From positions 312,001-376,000 of the forward strand of contig CM075998.1 in the NCBI GenBank assembly GCA_038087875.1: a DNA stretch of 64,000 nucleotides. The letters are read 5' to 3'. The DNA comes from Malacoraja senta (taxonomy: Eukaryota). Each line of letters starts with the position of its first letter. The first letter of the stretch is position 1. The notes beneath the pieces are model-generated. The model was not told the DNA's origin. It searched no databases and saw only the letters and a program-made list of their open reading frames with translations. A program made the position numbers and the translations under genes. Shown here one piece after another: positions 1 through 10,204 of the stretch.

Positions 1-2
1 CT

Positions 3-896
3 AAGCCTCAGCTGGTTCCAGAACCATTTCCCTTGAATTGGGATAGGACACCTGGGGCTATGCCATGTATACTACAGCTATTCACGAATCCCATCCTACC
101 AAAGGATGCGACCTGCCAGAGTTATCATTACCTATTCCCGGCTAGCAACAACAATACAAAGGGCCGAAGGACAGACCCACGACCTCCTCCATTTAGAACT
201 CCCCTTGGGGAGGAGGGATTTGAGTGCTATACCAGATATAACCCAGATGGACAGGAAATGGGGAAGGTGCTGAACTGCAATCAGACGTATAACATAACGG
301 CTGAGGAACAGGGGCCACTGTTCAAAAGCTCCTGGCTGAGAAAGCAGATAGTCAGTAGAGCCGATGTCTGGTGGTGGTGCGGGGAGAATACCCTGTGGCC
401 CCGGTTACCAGGGTCATGGACGGGAACCTGTACCCTCACACAACTGATGATGCCCTTCACCATAGCAGTAGAACATATTGTAGAACTCAATGAAGGAAGC
501 CGACGACAGAAGAGAGGGGCGAGAGGATCATTCGACACACACATATATATAGATGCGAGAGGGGTGCCAAGAGGGGTACCCGATGAATTCAAAGCCAGAA
601 ACCAGATAGCTGCGGGCTTTGAGTCCATACAACTGACAGATACCAGCCTAATGGCCTGGCAAAATCGCATGGCCTTAGACATGCTACTGGCTGAGAAGGG
701 AGGGGTGTGTGTAATGTTTGGGGAACAATGTTGCACCTTCATCCCCAACAACACTGCTCCTGATGGGTCAGTATCGAGAGCCCTAGCAGGTCTCACCTCC
801 CTGTCTATCGAATTTAAAACACAGTATGACCAGCGAGAGGAAGATAAGGAGGCGAAGATTCTGCTGCTAGCATTAGAGAACGGGCAGATAGTCTAA
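3..896 (+). CDS. env: Retroviral envelope (gamma-type TM), partial; frame open from the window edge; internally deleted
   Basis: Furin site RRQKR (501-515), immunosuppressive domain QNRMALDMLLAEKGGVC, CX6CC motif CVMFGEQCC, WWWCG and WTGTC motifs typical of fish ERV SU. Confidence 0.9.
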   Translation, partial: KPQLVPEPFPLNWDRTPGAMPCILQLFTNPILPKDATCQSYHYLFPASNNNTKGRRTDPRPPPFRTPLGEEGFECYTRYNPDGQEMGKVLNCNQTYNITAEEQGPLFKSSWLRKQIVSRADVWWWCGENTLWPRLPGSWTGTCTLTQLMMPFTIAVEHIVELNEGSRRQKRGARGSFDTHIYIDARGVPRGVPDEFKARNQIAAGFESIQLTDTSLMAWQNRMALDMLLAEKGGVCVMFGEQCCTFIPNNTAPDGSVSRALAGLTSLSIEFKTQYDQREEDKEAKILLLALENGQIV

Positions 897-931
897 ATCA
901 AAGGTTGCGTAGCAAAAAAAAAAGTGTGGAT

Positions 932-1463
932 TGTGAGGAATGGGTTAATAGGTATAGTTGATTTAGACAAGAACCCATTGTCTAGTAGGGAGTATAGTAG
1001 GGAGTATAGAACGGAGAATAAGGGGAGTAAAGGACAAGTACAAATTGTGTCTTTTCAAGGATGAGAACAGAGAAGATAGCAACAGCCCAGCATAGAACTA
1101 GGGTAAAGGTCAGAAGAAACACTCAGTGCGCATGGGCAATTAACTTACATGAATATGTACACACACACACTATGACAAGATGTCTCATTTAAATGCACAT
1201 GCGATGCATGATATGGGAGGTGTCTTTGACGTCGGGTGGACGTTCCAGGACGTTCTCGTGGGAATGTGGGCTTTATGTTATGATTGGAAGAAGCACAATG
1301 GGGAGGGATGAGGGTGTGACAATGATACCCATTAAATGTATAAAGATGGAAGTCATCCCGATCCTCGGTGTGTCTTGACAGGGGAGACACCCAACTCTGC
1401 AGACTTGCTAATAAATAAACTTGTTTCGCTACATTCTCTACGCATCGTGAGTGTTCTTTCACA
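932..1463 (+). repeat. ERV long terminal repeat (532 bp)
   Basis: Inverted termini TGTGA (932-936) and TCACA (1459-1463); TATAAA at 1339-1344; AATAAA at 1410-1415 and 1414-1419; immediately downstream of env. Confidence 0.8.
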
Positions 1464-1677
1464 ACTTGCGCCTGACATGCGGAAGGAGAAACCAGTCAAT
1501 ATTTTGGGTCAGTGACTCTTCCTCAGAATCAGTAAATAAACCGAAACATTGTCCGTTTTTTTCCTTCCACACATGCTGTTTGACTGTCTGAGTTCTTCCA
1601 ACATTTCTATTTTGTTTCAGATAACATGCAGTTTTACTTGTTTTCCCTTTAACTCTACCGCTTTGTATTTTGCTCAC

Positions 1678-1744
1678 CTTCTTCTCCTTCAAGTAATATC
1701 CAATGGCAAAATTCCTGTCTCCCGTTTCCTTCTCTGACTGAAAC
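1678..1744 (-). CDS. gls2: Glutaminase exon (equivalent to exon 10), 67 bp: FQSEKETGDRNFAIGYYLKEKK
   Basis: Conserved glutaminase peptide; ttccag acceptor, gtgagc donor; phase fits the previous exon. Confidence 0.95.
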
Positions 1745-1778
1745 CTGGAATGAAACAAGAGAATATTAGTCACGAATA

Positions 1779-1951
1779 GCTGGAGTAACTCAGCGGGACA
1801 GGCAGCATCTCTGGAGAGAAGGGATGGGTGATGTTTCGGCTCGAAACCTTTCCTCAGTCTGAAGAAGGGTCTCGACCCGAAACGTCGCCTATTTCCTTCG
1901 CTCCAGAGATGCTGCCTGTCCCGCTGAGTTTCTCCAGCATTTCTGTCTACC
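1779..1951. mobile_element. Penelope pLTR-derived fold-back mini-element
   Basis: Inverted arms gctggagtaactcagcgggacaggcagcatctctggag / ctccagagatgctgcctgtcccgctgagtttctccagc around CTGAAGA...GAAACGTC. Confidence 0.8.
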
Positions 1952-2012
1952 AGAGACTATTGCATGCTCTGTGTGGATCTTTGGAGGCACAGGAATAGAG
2001 GCTGGCACTTAC

Positions 2013-2071
2013 GTAGCATTGCTGAAGCCCACATATTCATGACCTGCCATCTTATTAAGGAAATGCATAAC
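2013..2071 (-). CDS. gls2: Glutaminase exon (equivalent to exon 9), 59 bp: VMHFLNKMAGHEYVGFSNAT
   Basis: Hand translation; ctccag acceptor, gtaagt donor; not in the ORF track. Confidence 0.95.
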
Positions 2072-2529
2072 CTGGAGACAAGAATATAAAGTTAGACCCA
2101 ATGTGCAATTTCAGAGAATAAGAGTCCTGATGTTGGCTGTAATTATAATTGAAGTCCAGGCTATATGGAACTCATCTGCATTGACTTACTTGACCTACTC
2201 TTGTGAGATTTAATCCTGACGATAACAAATATTTTTAAAAGACACGACACAAGTGTTGAATATGCATCATCAATTGGTTATCATGGATTGCACAAGATAA
2301 CATGGAAAAGAGGTTTGTACGGCAGAGCCTTTGGGCTATCTTGAAGGTTTCTTTAGAATTTCCCTTATTCATTGCTTGCAAAACTAAATCTACCTGAAGA
2401 AGGCCTCCTTTTAAACTGAATAAGCCCCAAGCGTTTGGCACATTGGATTTTCTCCACGGCACTCAATTGAAAGGACAGATCAAAGAGTCTCTGGAGAAAT
2501 TGCCGTCTCATTGTTGGTGTAATACTTAC

Positions 2530-2562
2530 ACAGTCAAACTTTTCCGCTTTGTTAGCTCCAGG
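2530..2562 (-). CDS. gls2: Glutaminase micro-exon (equivalent to exon 8), 33 bp: PGANKAEKFDC
   Basis: AEKFD motif; ttttcag acceptor, gtaagt donor; phase 0-0. Confidence 0.92.
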
Positions 2563-2664
2563 CTGAAAATACAAGTGGAAAAACTGTTAGAGCCCAAAAA
2601 TATTCCTTGTGGCACCTCGTTCAACAACTCATGAAAATCCATGCAGCCATCTTGTGACAGAGTA

Positions 2665-3120
2665 CATAAGGTCATAAGTGATAGGAGCAGAATTAGGCCA
2701 TTCGGCCCATCAAGTCTACTCTGCCATTCAATCATGGCTTATCTATCTCTCCCTCCTAACCCCATTCTCCTGCCTTCTCCCCATAACCCCTGACACCCGC
2801 ACTAATCAACAATCTATCTATCTCTGCCTTCAAAATATCCATTGACTTGGCCTCCATCGCCGTCTGTGGCAAAGAATCCCACAGATTCACCAATCTCAGA
2901 CTAAAGAAATTCCTCCTCATCTCCTTCCTAAAGGAAAGTCCTTTAATTCTGTGCCCTCTGGTCCTAGACTCTCCCACTAGTGGAAACATCCTCTCCACAT
3001 CCACTCTTTCCAGGCCTTTCACTGTTCGGTGAAGTTTCAATGAGGTTCCCCCTCATTCTTCTCAACTCCAGTGAGTACAGGCCCAGCGCCGACAAATACT
3101 TGTCATATGTTAACCCACTC
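2665..3120 (-). mobile_element. CR1/HER1 LINE 3' fragment
   Basis: ORF2 C-terminus MFPLVGESRTRGH...NFFS...VNLWDSLPQ and CR1 3' UTR. Confidence 0.9.
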
Positions 3121-3617
3121 ATAATGCATCTTTTCCTGTGGTGACTGTGGAACACCATGGACAGAGAGAGGGGAAAATAGCAAGAATGGTACACTCAACA
3201 TTGCAAGAGAGAGAAATTAAAAAAATGAATAACAAGGAATACCGCCTTTCTCAACATTCAGATTGTCCCAAAGTATTGTTTTGGTTGTAAAGCACTTTCA
3301 AAGTGTAGTCTTTGTTATAATGAGGGAAATGCAGCAGCCATTTTTATGGACAACATGCTCTCACAAACAGCAGCTTAATGATGATGGGATCATTTGTTTG
3401 TAATGAAAGTGAGTGAGGAGCATCTTTTAATGATGGAGATCTTTCACGTACATCTATGCGAGACCAGATGGATATATTGCTTAATGTATCAACTGAAAAA
3501 TGGCACCTCAGATCGAGAAACATATCTGCCCAGGGAGAAGAGTTGCATCAAAGCTGTTTCACATGTTCTATTGTCCACGTTGTTGTGGGAATTGCCCACA
3601 ACGCGAGTGAACAGACA

Positions 3618-3619
<2 letters not shown>

Positions 3620-3678
<59 letters not shown>

Positions 3679-3697
3679 AGAGGGACAAGAGCGAGCG

Positions 3698-3744
<47 letters not shown>

Positions 3745-3880
3745 AGTGAGAGAGAGAAGGGGAGAGAGAGGGGGAGAGAGAGTGGGATAGCGAGAGAGAG
3801 AGAGAGAGATGGGCGAGAAAGAGAGAGAAGGGGAGAGAGAGAGGGAGAGAGAGAGTGAAAGGAGAGAGAGAGAGAGAGAC

Positions 3881-3916
<36 letters not shown>

Positions 3917-3950
3917 GGGGGGAGAGAGAGAGGGGGAGAGAGAGAGAGGA
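3620..3950. repeat. (GA)n/(TA)n microsatellite complex
   Basis: Directly visible. Confidence 0.98.
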
Positions 3951-4743
3951 GGTGGGGTGTGTAGGAAGGAACTGCAGATGCCGGTTTAAAACGAAGATTG
4001 ACACAAAAAGCTGGAGTAACTCAGCGGGACAAGCAGCATCTCTGGAGAGAAGGAATGGGTGACGTTTCGGGATGCTGCCTGTCCTGCTGAGTTACTCCAG
4101 CTTTTTGTGTCTCTATCTTCAAGTCTGAATTGAACAGATGCCTCAGGCAATATTATAATCTGCCTTTATAATATAATATTATTATAATAATATTGCCTGA
4201 TAACAGATATCAGGCAATACTACCAATTCTGTTCTTAAAGTGATTGCACAATATACCATGGCAACAGACCTGATAATTAATTATCAGACCTGATAAATAA
4301 ATAAGACCGGAAACCTGGTGTAGGAAGGGAATTAGATTTCACTCATGCACACTGTGTGTTTTTAAAACCAACCAGCCGGTGTGAAATGAAACACAAATAC
4401 AAATGAGCTTGAGAACTTGAAGTTTGCCATAGTGATGTGTGACGGAAGGGTTCATGACAACGAGAAAAGCTTTGTGTTTTCAAAAGTTTGCTTTCTGATT
4501 ACCCAGGTATTATTTCCTGACGAAGTGCAGGTTGTGTTAGCACCGCACTAAATGTATTTACCATCCTCGAACATGTCCGCTTGTCACTCTGCCTAAATGG
4601 AAACCAGTCTTATTCTGCACTTTCTTGGCAGCCTGCATAAACTTGAGGGACAGATTAGGAGTTTATAAGAATGGAGATTGACAACAGCTGCAGCAAGAGG
4701 TGAGAAACTAGTACTTTTCTCAAAATTCTTTCTACTAGTAATT

Positions 4744-5139
4744 AGTTTAGTTTGGAGATCCAGCGTGGAAACAGGCCCTTCGGCCCCACCGAGTCCGTGC
4801 CGACCAGCGACCAGCGATCCCCGCACACACTAGTTTAGTTTGGAGATACAGCGCGGAAACAGGCCCTTCGGCCCACCGAGTCCGTGCCGACCAGTCATCC
4901 CCACACATTAACACTACCCTACACGCACGAGGGACAATTTTACATTTACACCAAGCCAATTAACCTACAATCCTGCACAACTTTGGAGTGTAGGAGGAAA
5001 CAGAAGATCTCGGAGAAAACCCACGCAGGTCACGGGGAGAAGGTACAAACTCCGTACAGGCAGCACCCGTAGTCAGGATGGAACCCGGGTCCCTGGCGCT
5101 GTGAGGCAGCAACTCTACCGCTGCGCCACCGTGCCGCCC
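4744..5139 (-). mobile_element. tRNA-derived V-SINE (HE1-like) with duplicated 3' tail
   Basis: Head ggcacggtggcgcagcgg with B-box-like gggttccatcc, V-domain ggagtttgtaccttctccccgtg, (taaac)n tail. Confidence 0.88.
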
Positions 5140-5479
5140 TTTGCGTTGCGTTGTTCAAGGGAAATATTTATTGTTCAGATCAGATCAGGTGGCTCGACAG
5201 GTGGTCTGTGCTAGTTTCCCCATCAATTCAGAGCTACAGCACTTACAGAGTGGAACAATGGGAGAAGGAGACTAATCATGAAACAGGAACCTTGACTGAC
5301 TTTTCTCGCCAGTACAGATTAGTTGACCTACTAGAGTGTCAGTGTGCTGTGACAGAGGTTCAGTCTGAACACTGGGAATTATTGAATTAGCTGGCAGTGC
5401 CAGAGGGAATGGTACTACCCACCATCCAGTGAAAGGTCACTATTATTTCACTTAAGCTCAGTCTGCCTGGACCTACCTG

Positions 5480-5985
5480 ATCTCCCGGTTGCCAAACACT
5501 TTAATTCCCCTTCCCATTCCCACACTGACCTTTCTGTCCTAGGCCGCCTCCATTGTCAGAGTGAGGCCAACCACAAATTGGAGGAACAGCTTGGGCAGCT
5601 TACACCCCAGCGGTATGAATATTGATATCTCTAACTTCAAGTAGCCCCTGCATCCCCTCTCTCTCCATCCCTCCCCCACCCAAGTCATACCAGCTTCAAG
5701 GTCGTCTAGTCGAGTCGCCTTGCCTATACTTGTTCTCACCTAACAAACAGCTAACAATGACCTGTTTCCTTTGTCATCGTTACTTTTTTTGTTCTATATC
5801 TCTCCACATCACCTCTCTCTCTCTCTATATCTCTATATATAATTCATTTGTTCTATATCTTACGTTTCCCTTTCCCCTGACTCTCAGTCTGAAGAAGAGT
5901 GTCGACCCGAAACGTCACCCATTCCTTTTCTCCAGAGATGTTGTCTGACCCGCTGAGTTACTCCAGCTTTTTGTATCCATCTTCA
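5480..5985 (+). mobile_element. Penelope-like element 3' fragment (end of GIY-YIG domain, 3' UTR, pLTR), subfamily A
   Basis: Homologous to 20020-20387 (VAKHFNSPSHSHTDLSVLG); ends in pLTR. Confidence 0.85.
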
Positions 5986-5999
5986 CCATATTATCTTAC

Positions 6000-6058
6000 C
6001 TTGATAAGTGAGGTAATAACAATTGCACCTGCGTTGACCATAGGATTATGAGGCTTAT
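6000..6058 (-). CDS. gls2: Glutaminase exon (equivalent to exon 7), 59 bp: DKPHNPMVNAGAIVITSLIK
   Basis: Hallmark PHNPMVNAGAI motif; ctttag acceptor, gtaaga donor. Confidence 0.96.
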
Positions 6059-6703
6059 CTAAAGACAAAATAGAATATTTCGATTAACAGTATGAAGCGA
6101 TCTTTGAAGTTGTCTAAATCTAAGTGAATTGAAATTGAATGGCACTTAATTTTAAAAATGACACAGATTTGTCCTTGTTTCACTTAGGTGACCAATGTGC
6201 AGACATCTTTCAGCTGACACTAAAACCAACCATTAAGGCTCTATTGCCACGATTACTTAATGTGCATAAAATGGGTTTTAAATGACCATAGTCTTCACAA
6301 CATCATTTCAAACCCTCAAGTCACGACAGATGGTGACACTTTTAGTACAGTTGCTATATTTAAAAAAGCAACAAGGTGGAGCACTGTTCCAGTTTTTTTC
6401 TCTGCTGCATACAGACGCCATATGGCCTTTTGAGATTTCCATGTACTTTATCCTTTTCAGTGCAATGTTCAAATTCCAAGTACTTAGAGCAAATCTTTTC
6501 TTTTTTTTTGTTGGTAACGGATGTATAATTCGTTCTATTATTCCACAATAAATGAAAGCTCTATAGCAACAGATGATGTACAGGTGAAATGAAACACCTT
6601 TGTGTATTCTGTTGCCAAGAGGAGATGGAACTCCGGCTCCCCTGAGATTGTCAATTTGGCTAAGCCCAGGGTGCCTATTGGAGCTCTTATACTGTATACT
6701 TGC

Positions 6704-6867
6704 CTTCTTCGTTCAGAAAGACTTTATTGAAGCGCAGTCCGCTCGGTTCTTTGCCTACATACTGGTGAACGAAGTCAGTGCTAAATTCATTCACTGCAAT
6801 CGCATACTCCAGCGGCTTGATGCACGATTGTAAGCAGAAGGGAACTTTGGTATCTCCAATGGAGTAT
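6704..6867 (-). CDS. gls2: Glutaminase exon (equivalent to exon 6), 164 bp, with catalytic Sxx[55 protein letters not shown]
   Basis: QSCIKP and VGKEPSG motifs; ctttag acceptor; GC donor AAG/GCAAGT required to keep frame. Confidence 0.95.
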
Positions 6868-7547
6868 CTAAAGAGAATCAAAAACAAAATGTGTAGGAAG
6901 GAACTGCAGATGCTGGTTTAAACCGAAGATAGACACAAAGTGCTGGAGTAACTCAGCTGGTACAGGCAGTATCTCTGGAGAGAAGGAATGGGTGATGCTT
7001 CGGGTCGAGACCCTTCTTCGGACTGAAAGTGCAAGACGGGTCTTGACCCGAAACCTCACCCATTCCTTCTCTCCACAAAATGTCTACCTCTAGATCCGTT
7101 AAATTAATGCTTTTGCTTAAAATAAACACAATTAAAATCTGTCTGCCTTTAATTCTATACTTACCCAGGTGCTGGTAACAATCACGACATGGTAGAACCT
7201 TTTGGCTCAGATATTAGCATGCACAGAATCTCATTTAATTGGTTTCCTAACTACTCGAATGAACCAACGGAAATGCAGGAAAGCTTCCATTACAAGGACA
7301 AGTTGGGATGTATTGTAAAAAATACATGTGAATGGTTAATGCAACTTTGGAAAAAGTGGCCATATGTTGAACAGGAAAATTTAGTGAACCAACCATGAAG
7401 CATTCAGCTTCTGAAAATGGCATCCAGAAATGTATTCATCATTTGGTCCCATGTAATCCATTGTGCTGTTAATGTTAAAGAAGTCTGAATAGGGAACTAT
7501 CCTTCAGCCAATACTTGCTCCGCTCAGTCCACCTAAACCTACCAGAT

Positions 7548-8030
7548 TTCTTGGTTGCCAAACACTTTAACCCCCTCCCATTCCCACACTGACCTTTCTG
7601 TCTTGGGCCTCCTCCATTGTCAGAGTGAGGCCCAGCGCAAATTGGAGGAACAGCACCTCATATTTCGCTTGGGTAGCTTACACCCCAGCGGTACGAACAT
7701 TGACTTCTCTAACTTCAAGTGACACTTGCTTTCCCTCTCTCTCAATCCCTTCCCATTCCCAGTTCCCCCGTCCAGTCTGACTGTCTCCGATTACATTTTA
7801 TCTCTGTCTGCTTTGTTGTCACCTTTCCAGCTAACAATGATCTATTCTACATTTCCCTTTATCGCCATCTCTTTTGATGTCTCGTTTTCACACCTTACAC
7901 TTCCTTATCTCTGTGTCTCCCTCTCCCCTGAGTCTCAGTTTGAGGAAGGGTCTCGACCCAAAACATCACCTATTCCTTCTCTCCAGAGATGCTGCCTGTC
8001 CCGCTGAGTTACTCCAGCATTTTGTGTCTA
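7548..8030 (+). mobile_element. Penelope-like element 3' fragment, subfamily A
   Basis: RKLEEQHLIFRLGSLHPSG coding remnant followed by pLTR. Confidence 0.85.
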
Positions 8031-8166
8031 TCATCTCCCTCTTATTTCTATTCCTGAAGGAATACAAGAGGAAAAACTTGAGATACGCTTTCCAAATTTG
8101 TTGACATGACTGTCACGTTTACAATGTGATCACCCCTGGTTTGTATTTGATGATTTTAACGCTTAC

Positions 8167-8246
8167 CTCTGTCCATCCACTGTGCAGAGAGAAACTCCCC
8201 AGAGATCCGGACTGAATTTGGCCAGTTGTGGGATGTAGTCAGCGAC
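8167..8246 (-). CDS. gls2: Glutaminase exon (equivalent to exon 5), 80 bp: [27 protein letters not shown]
   Basis: YIPQLA and CTVDGQR motifs; tcacag acceptor, gtaagc donor. Confidence 0.96.
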
Positions 8247-8424
8247 CTGTGAAAATACCATTGCTTTTAAACAAATTATGAGAGAAACAGCAGCAATTAA
8301 CTTTACATATTGCCTTTCATTTTGAAATGTGCCCCATGGCACGATAAATAGAAAACCATTACAGTGCCGTGGATGATATTTGCAGGGTTGATCAGGCTTG
8401 GTTAAAGAAGATCGACACAAAATG

Positions 8425-8801
8425 ACAATAGACAATAGGTGCAGGAGTAGGCCCTTTGGCCCTTCGAGCTAGCACCGCCATTCAATGTGATCATGGCTGA
8501 TCATCCCCAATCAGTACCCCGTTCCTGCCTTCTCCCCATATCCCCTGACTCCGCTATTTTTAAGAGCCCTATCTAGCTCTGTCTTGAAAGCATCCAGAGA
8601 ACCTGCCTCCACCGCCCTCTGAGGCAGAGAATTCCACAGACTCACCACTCTCTGTGAGAAAAGGTGTTTCCTCGTCTCCGTTCTAAATGGCTTACCCCTT
8701 ATTTTTAAACTGTGTGTGGCCCCTGGTTCTGGACTCCCCCAACATCGGGAACATGTTTCCTGCCTCTAGTGTGTCCAAGCCCTTAACAATCTTATATGTT
8801 T
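8425..8801 (-). mobile_element. CR1/HER1 LINE 3' fragment nested in a Penelope pLTR copy
   Basis: ETYKIVKGLD...MFPMLGESRTRGH; (tattgtc)n tail; TSD caaaatg at 8418-8424 and 8802-8808. Confidence 0.9.
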
Positions 8802-9275
8802 CAAAATGCTGGAGTAACTCAGCAGGACAGGTAGCATCTCTGGATAGAAGGAATGGGTGACGTTTCGGGTCGAGACCCTTCTTCAATATATTTTAACGAG
8901 GATTTTTAAATGAGGCTGAGACGAAAGTTCCATGGAGGGAATTCCAAAGCTAGGGTTATAGCTGGTTGAAGGCACAGCAGGCAATGGCACAAAAGGCCAG
9001 AATCAGGGAACTGGGGAGGTCAAAGGTGTAATTAGTAAGCGGAAGGCATTTTGTCTGGTTGAAAGCACGTGGCCTTTATCTAGCTTACTCAAGTATGCAA
9101 CCTCACAATGTCGAACAACCTGATGACAAGACTAAGTTGAATCCCAGCTGAGGGATTTGACACCTTGATCAAATTCCACGTTTTCTGTACCACCACCACC
9201 AACCCCTTACATCTGTCCCACTTCCATCTCTGCCTCCATCTCCAAACTCACAGTTATCATCATTGAACATCTGAC

Positions 9276-9405
9276 CTTGCCACTGGTCTTCATTTTTGCA
9301 TTCTCATAGAGCCGGTTGATATGTGATGAAAATACTTCAAAGTCAGGGATGACAAATTTTTTCCTGAAGGCCTGGGTCAGTAGAACAATGTTACTGCTGA
9401 AAAAT
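9276..9405 (-). CDS. gls2: Glutaminase exon (equivalent to exon 4), 130 bp: [43 protein letters not shown]
   Basis: [19 protein letters not shown] motif; tttaag acceptor, gtcaga donor. Confidence 0.93.
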
Positions 9406-9799
9406 CTTAAAGAGAAAAAAAACAAAATGAAAGCCTTGGCCTATGTGGCGGAGAAACAGCGATAATATCTATGGTTTATATTTGAGGCATAAATCACTTC
9501 AAAGCAATACAAGAATTTGATTAAAATGTCAAAAATGCAATCCCCATCTTATTCAAGTAGAACAAAGTGTGAATCAGAACTATCTTCAATGGATGCCCTT
9601 CCATACTGCTTAAATGTCCTGACTCATCCTATAGTTTACATCAGTGAACCATCACACAAACCTGAAGAAGGGTCTCAACCTGAAACGTCACCCATTCCTT
9701 CTCTCCAGAGATCCTGCCTGTCCCGCTGAGTTACTCCAGCTTTTTGTGTCTATCTACAGCTTAAACCAGCATCTGCAGTTCCTTCCTACACACAAACCA

Positions 9800-10204
9800 A
9801 CCTCCTATTGACTCCATTTATACCTCCCGCTGCCTCAGCAAGGCCAGCAGCATAATCAAGGACCAGTCTCAGTCTGGCCACTCCCTCTTCTCCCCTCTCC
9901 CATCAGGTGAAATGTATAGAAGTGTGAAAATGCACACCACTAGATTCAGGGACAGTTTCTTCCCGGCTGTTATCAGGCAACTGAACCATCCTACCACAAC
10001 CAGTGAGCAGTGCTGAACTACTATCTACCTCTCTGGTGACCCTCGGACCATCTTTGATCAGAATAAACGTTATTCCTTATCCTGTACCTATACACTGTAA
10101 ATGACTCGATTGTAATCATGTATTGTCTTTCTGCTGACTGGATAGCACACAACAAAAGCTTTTCACTGTACATCGGTACATGTGACAATAAACTGAACTG
10201 AACA
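9800..10204 (+). mobile_element. Rex-Babar-type LINE 3' fragment
   Basis: HSLFSPLPSG..YRS...TTRFRDSFFPAVIR coding remnant; gacaataaa plus (actga)n tail. Confidence 0.75.

Larger units (their letters stand above)
1..1463 (+). mobile_element. 3' portion of an endogenous retrovirus (env, polypurine-tract region, 3' LTR), truncated by the window edge
   Basis: env ORF followed by A-rich/purine tract (914-930) and a TG...CA-bounded LTR. Confidence 0.9.

Noticed and set aside
3394..4004. ORFs rich in RE/LS dipeptides (also 35822-36222)
   Set aside because: Translation of GA/TC microsatellites
5070..5139. tRNA-like A/B boxes
   Set aside because: SINE head rather than a tRNA gene; continues into the V-domain
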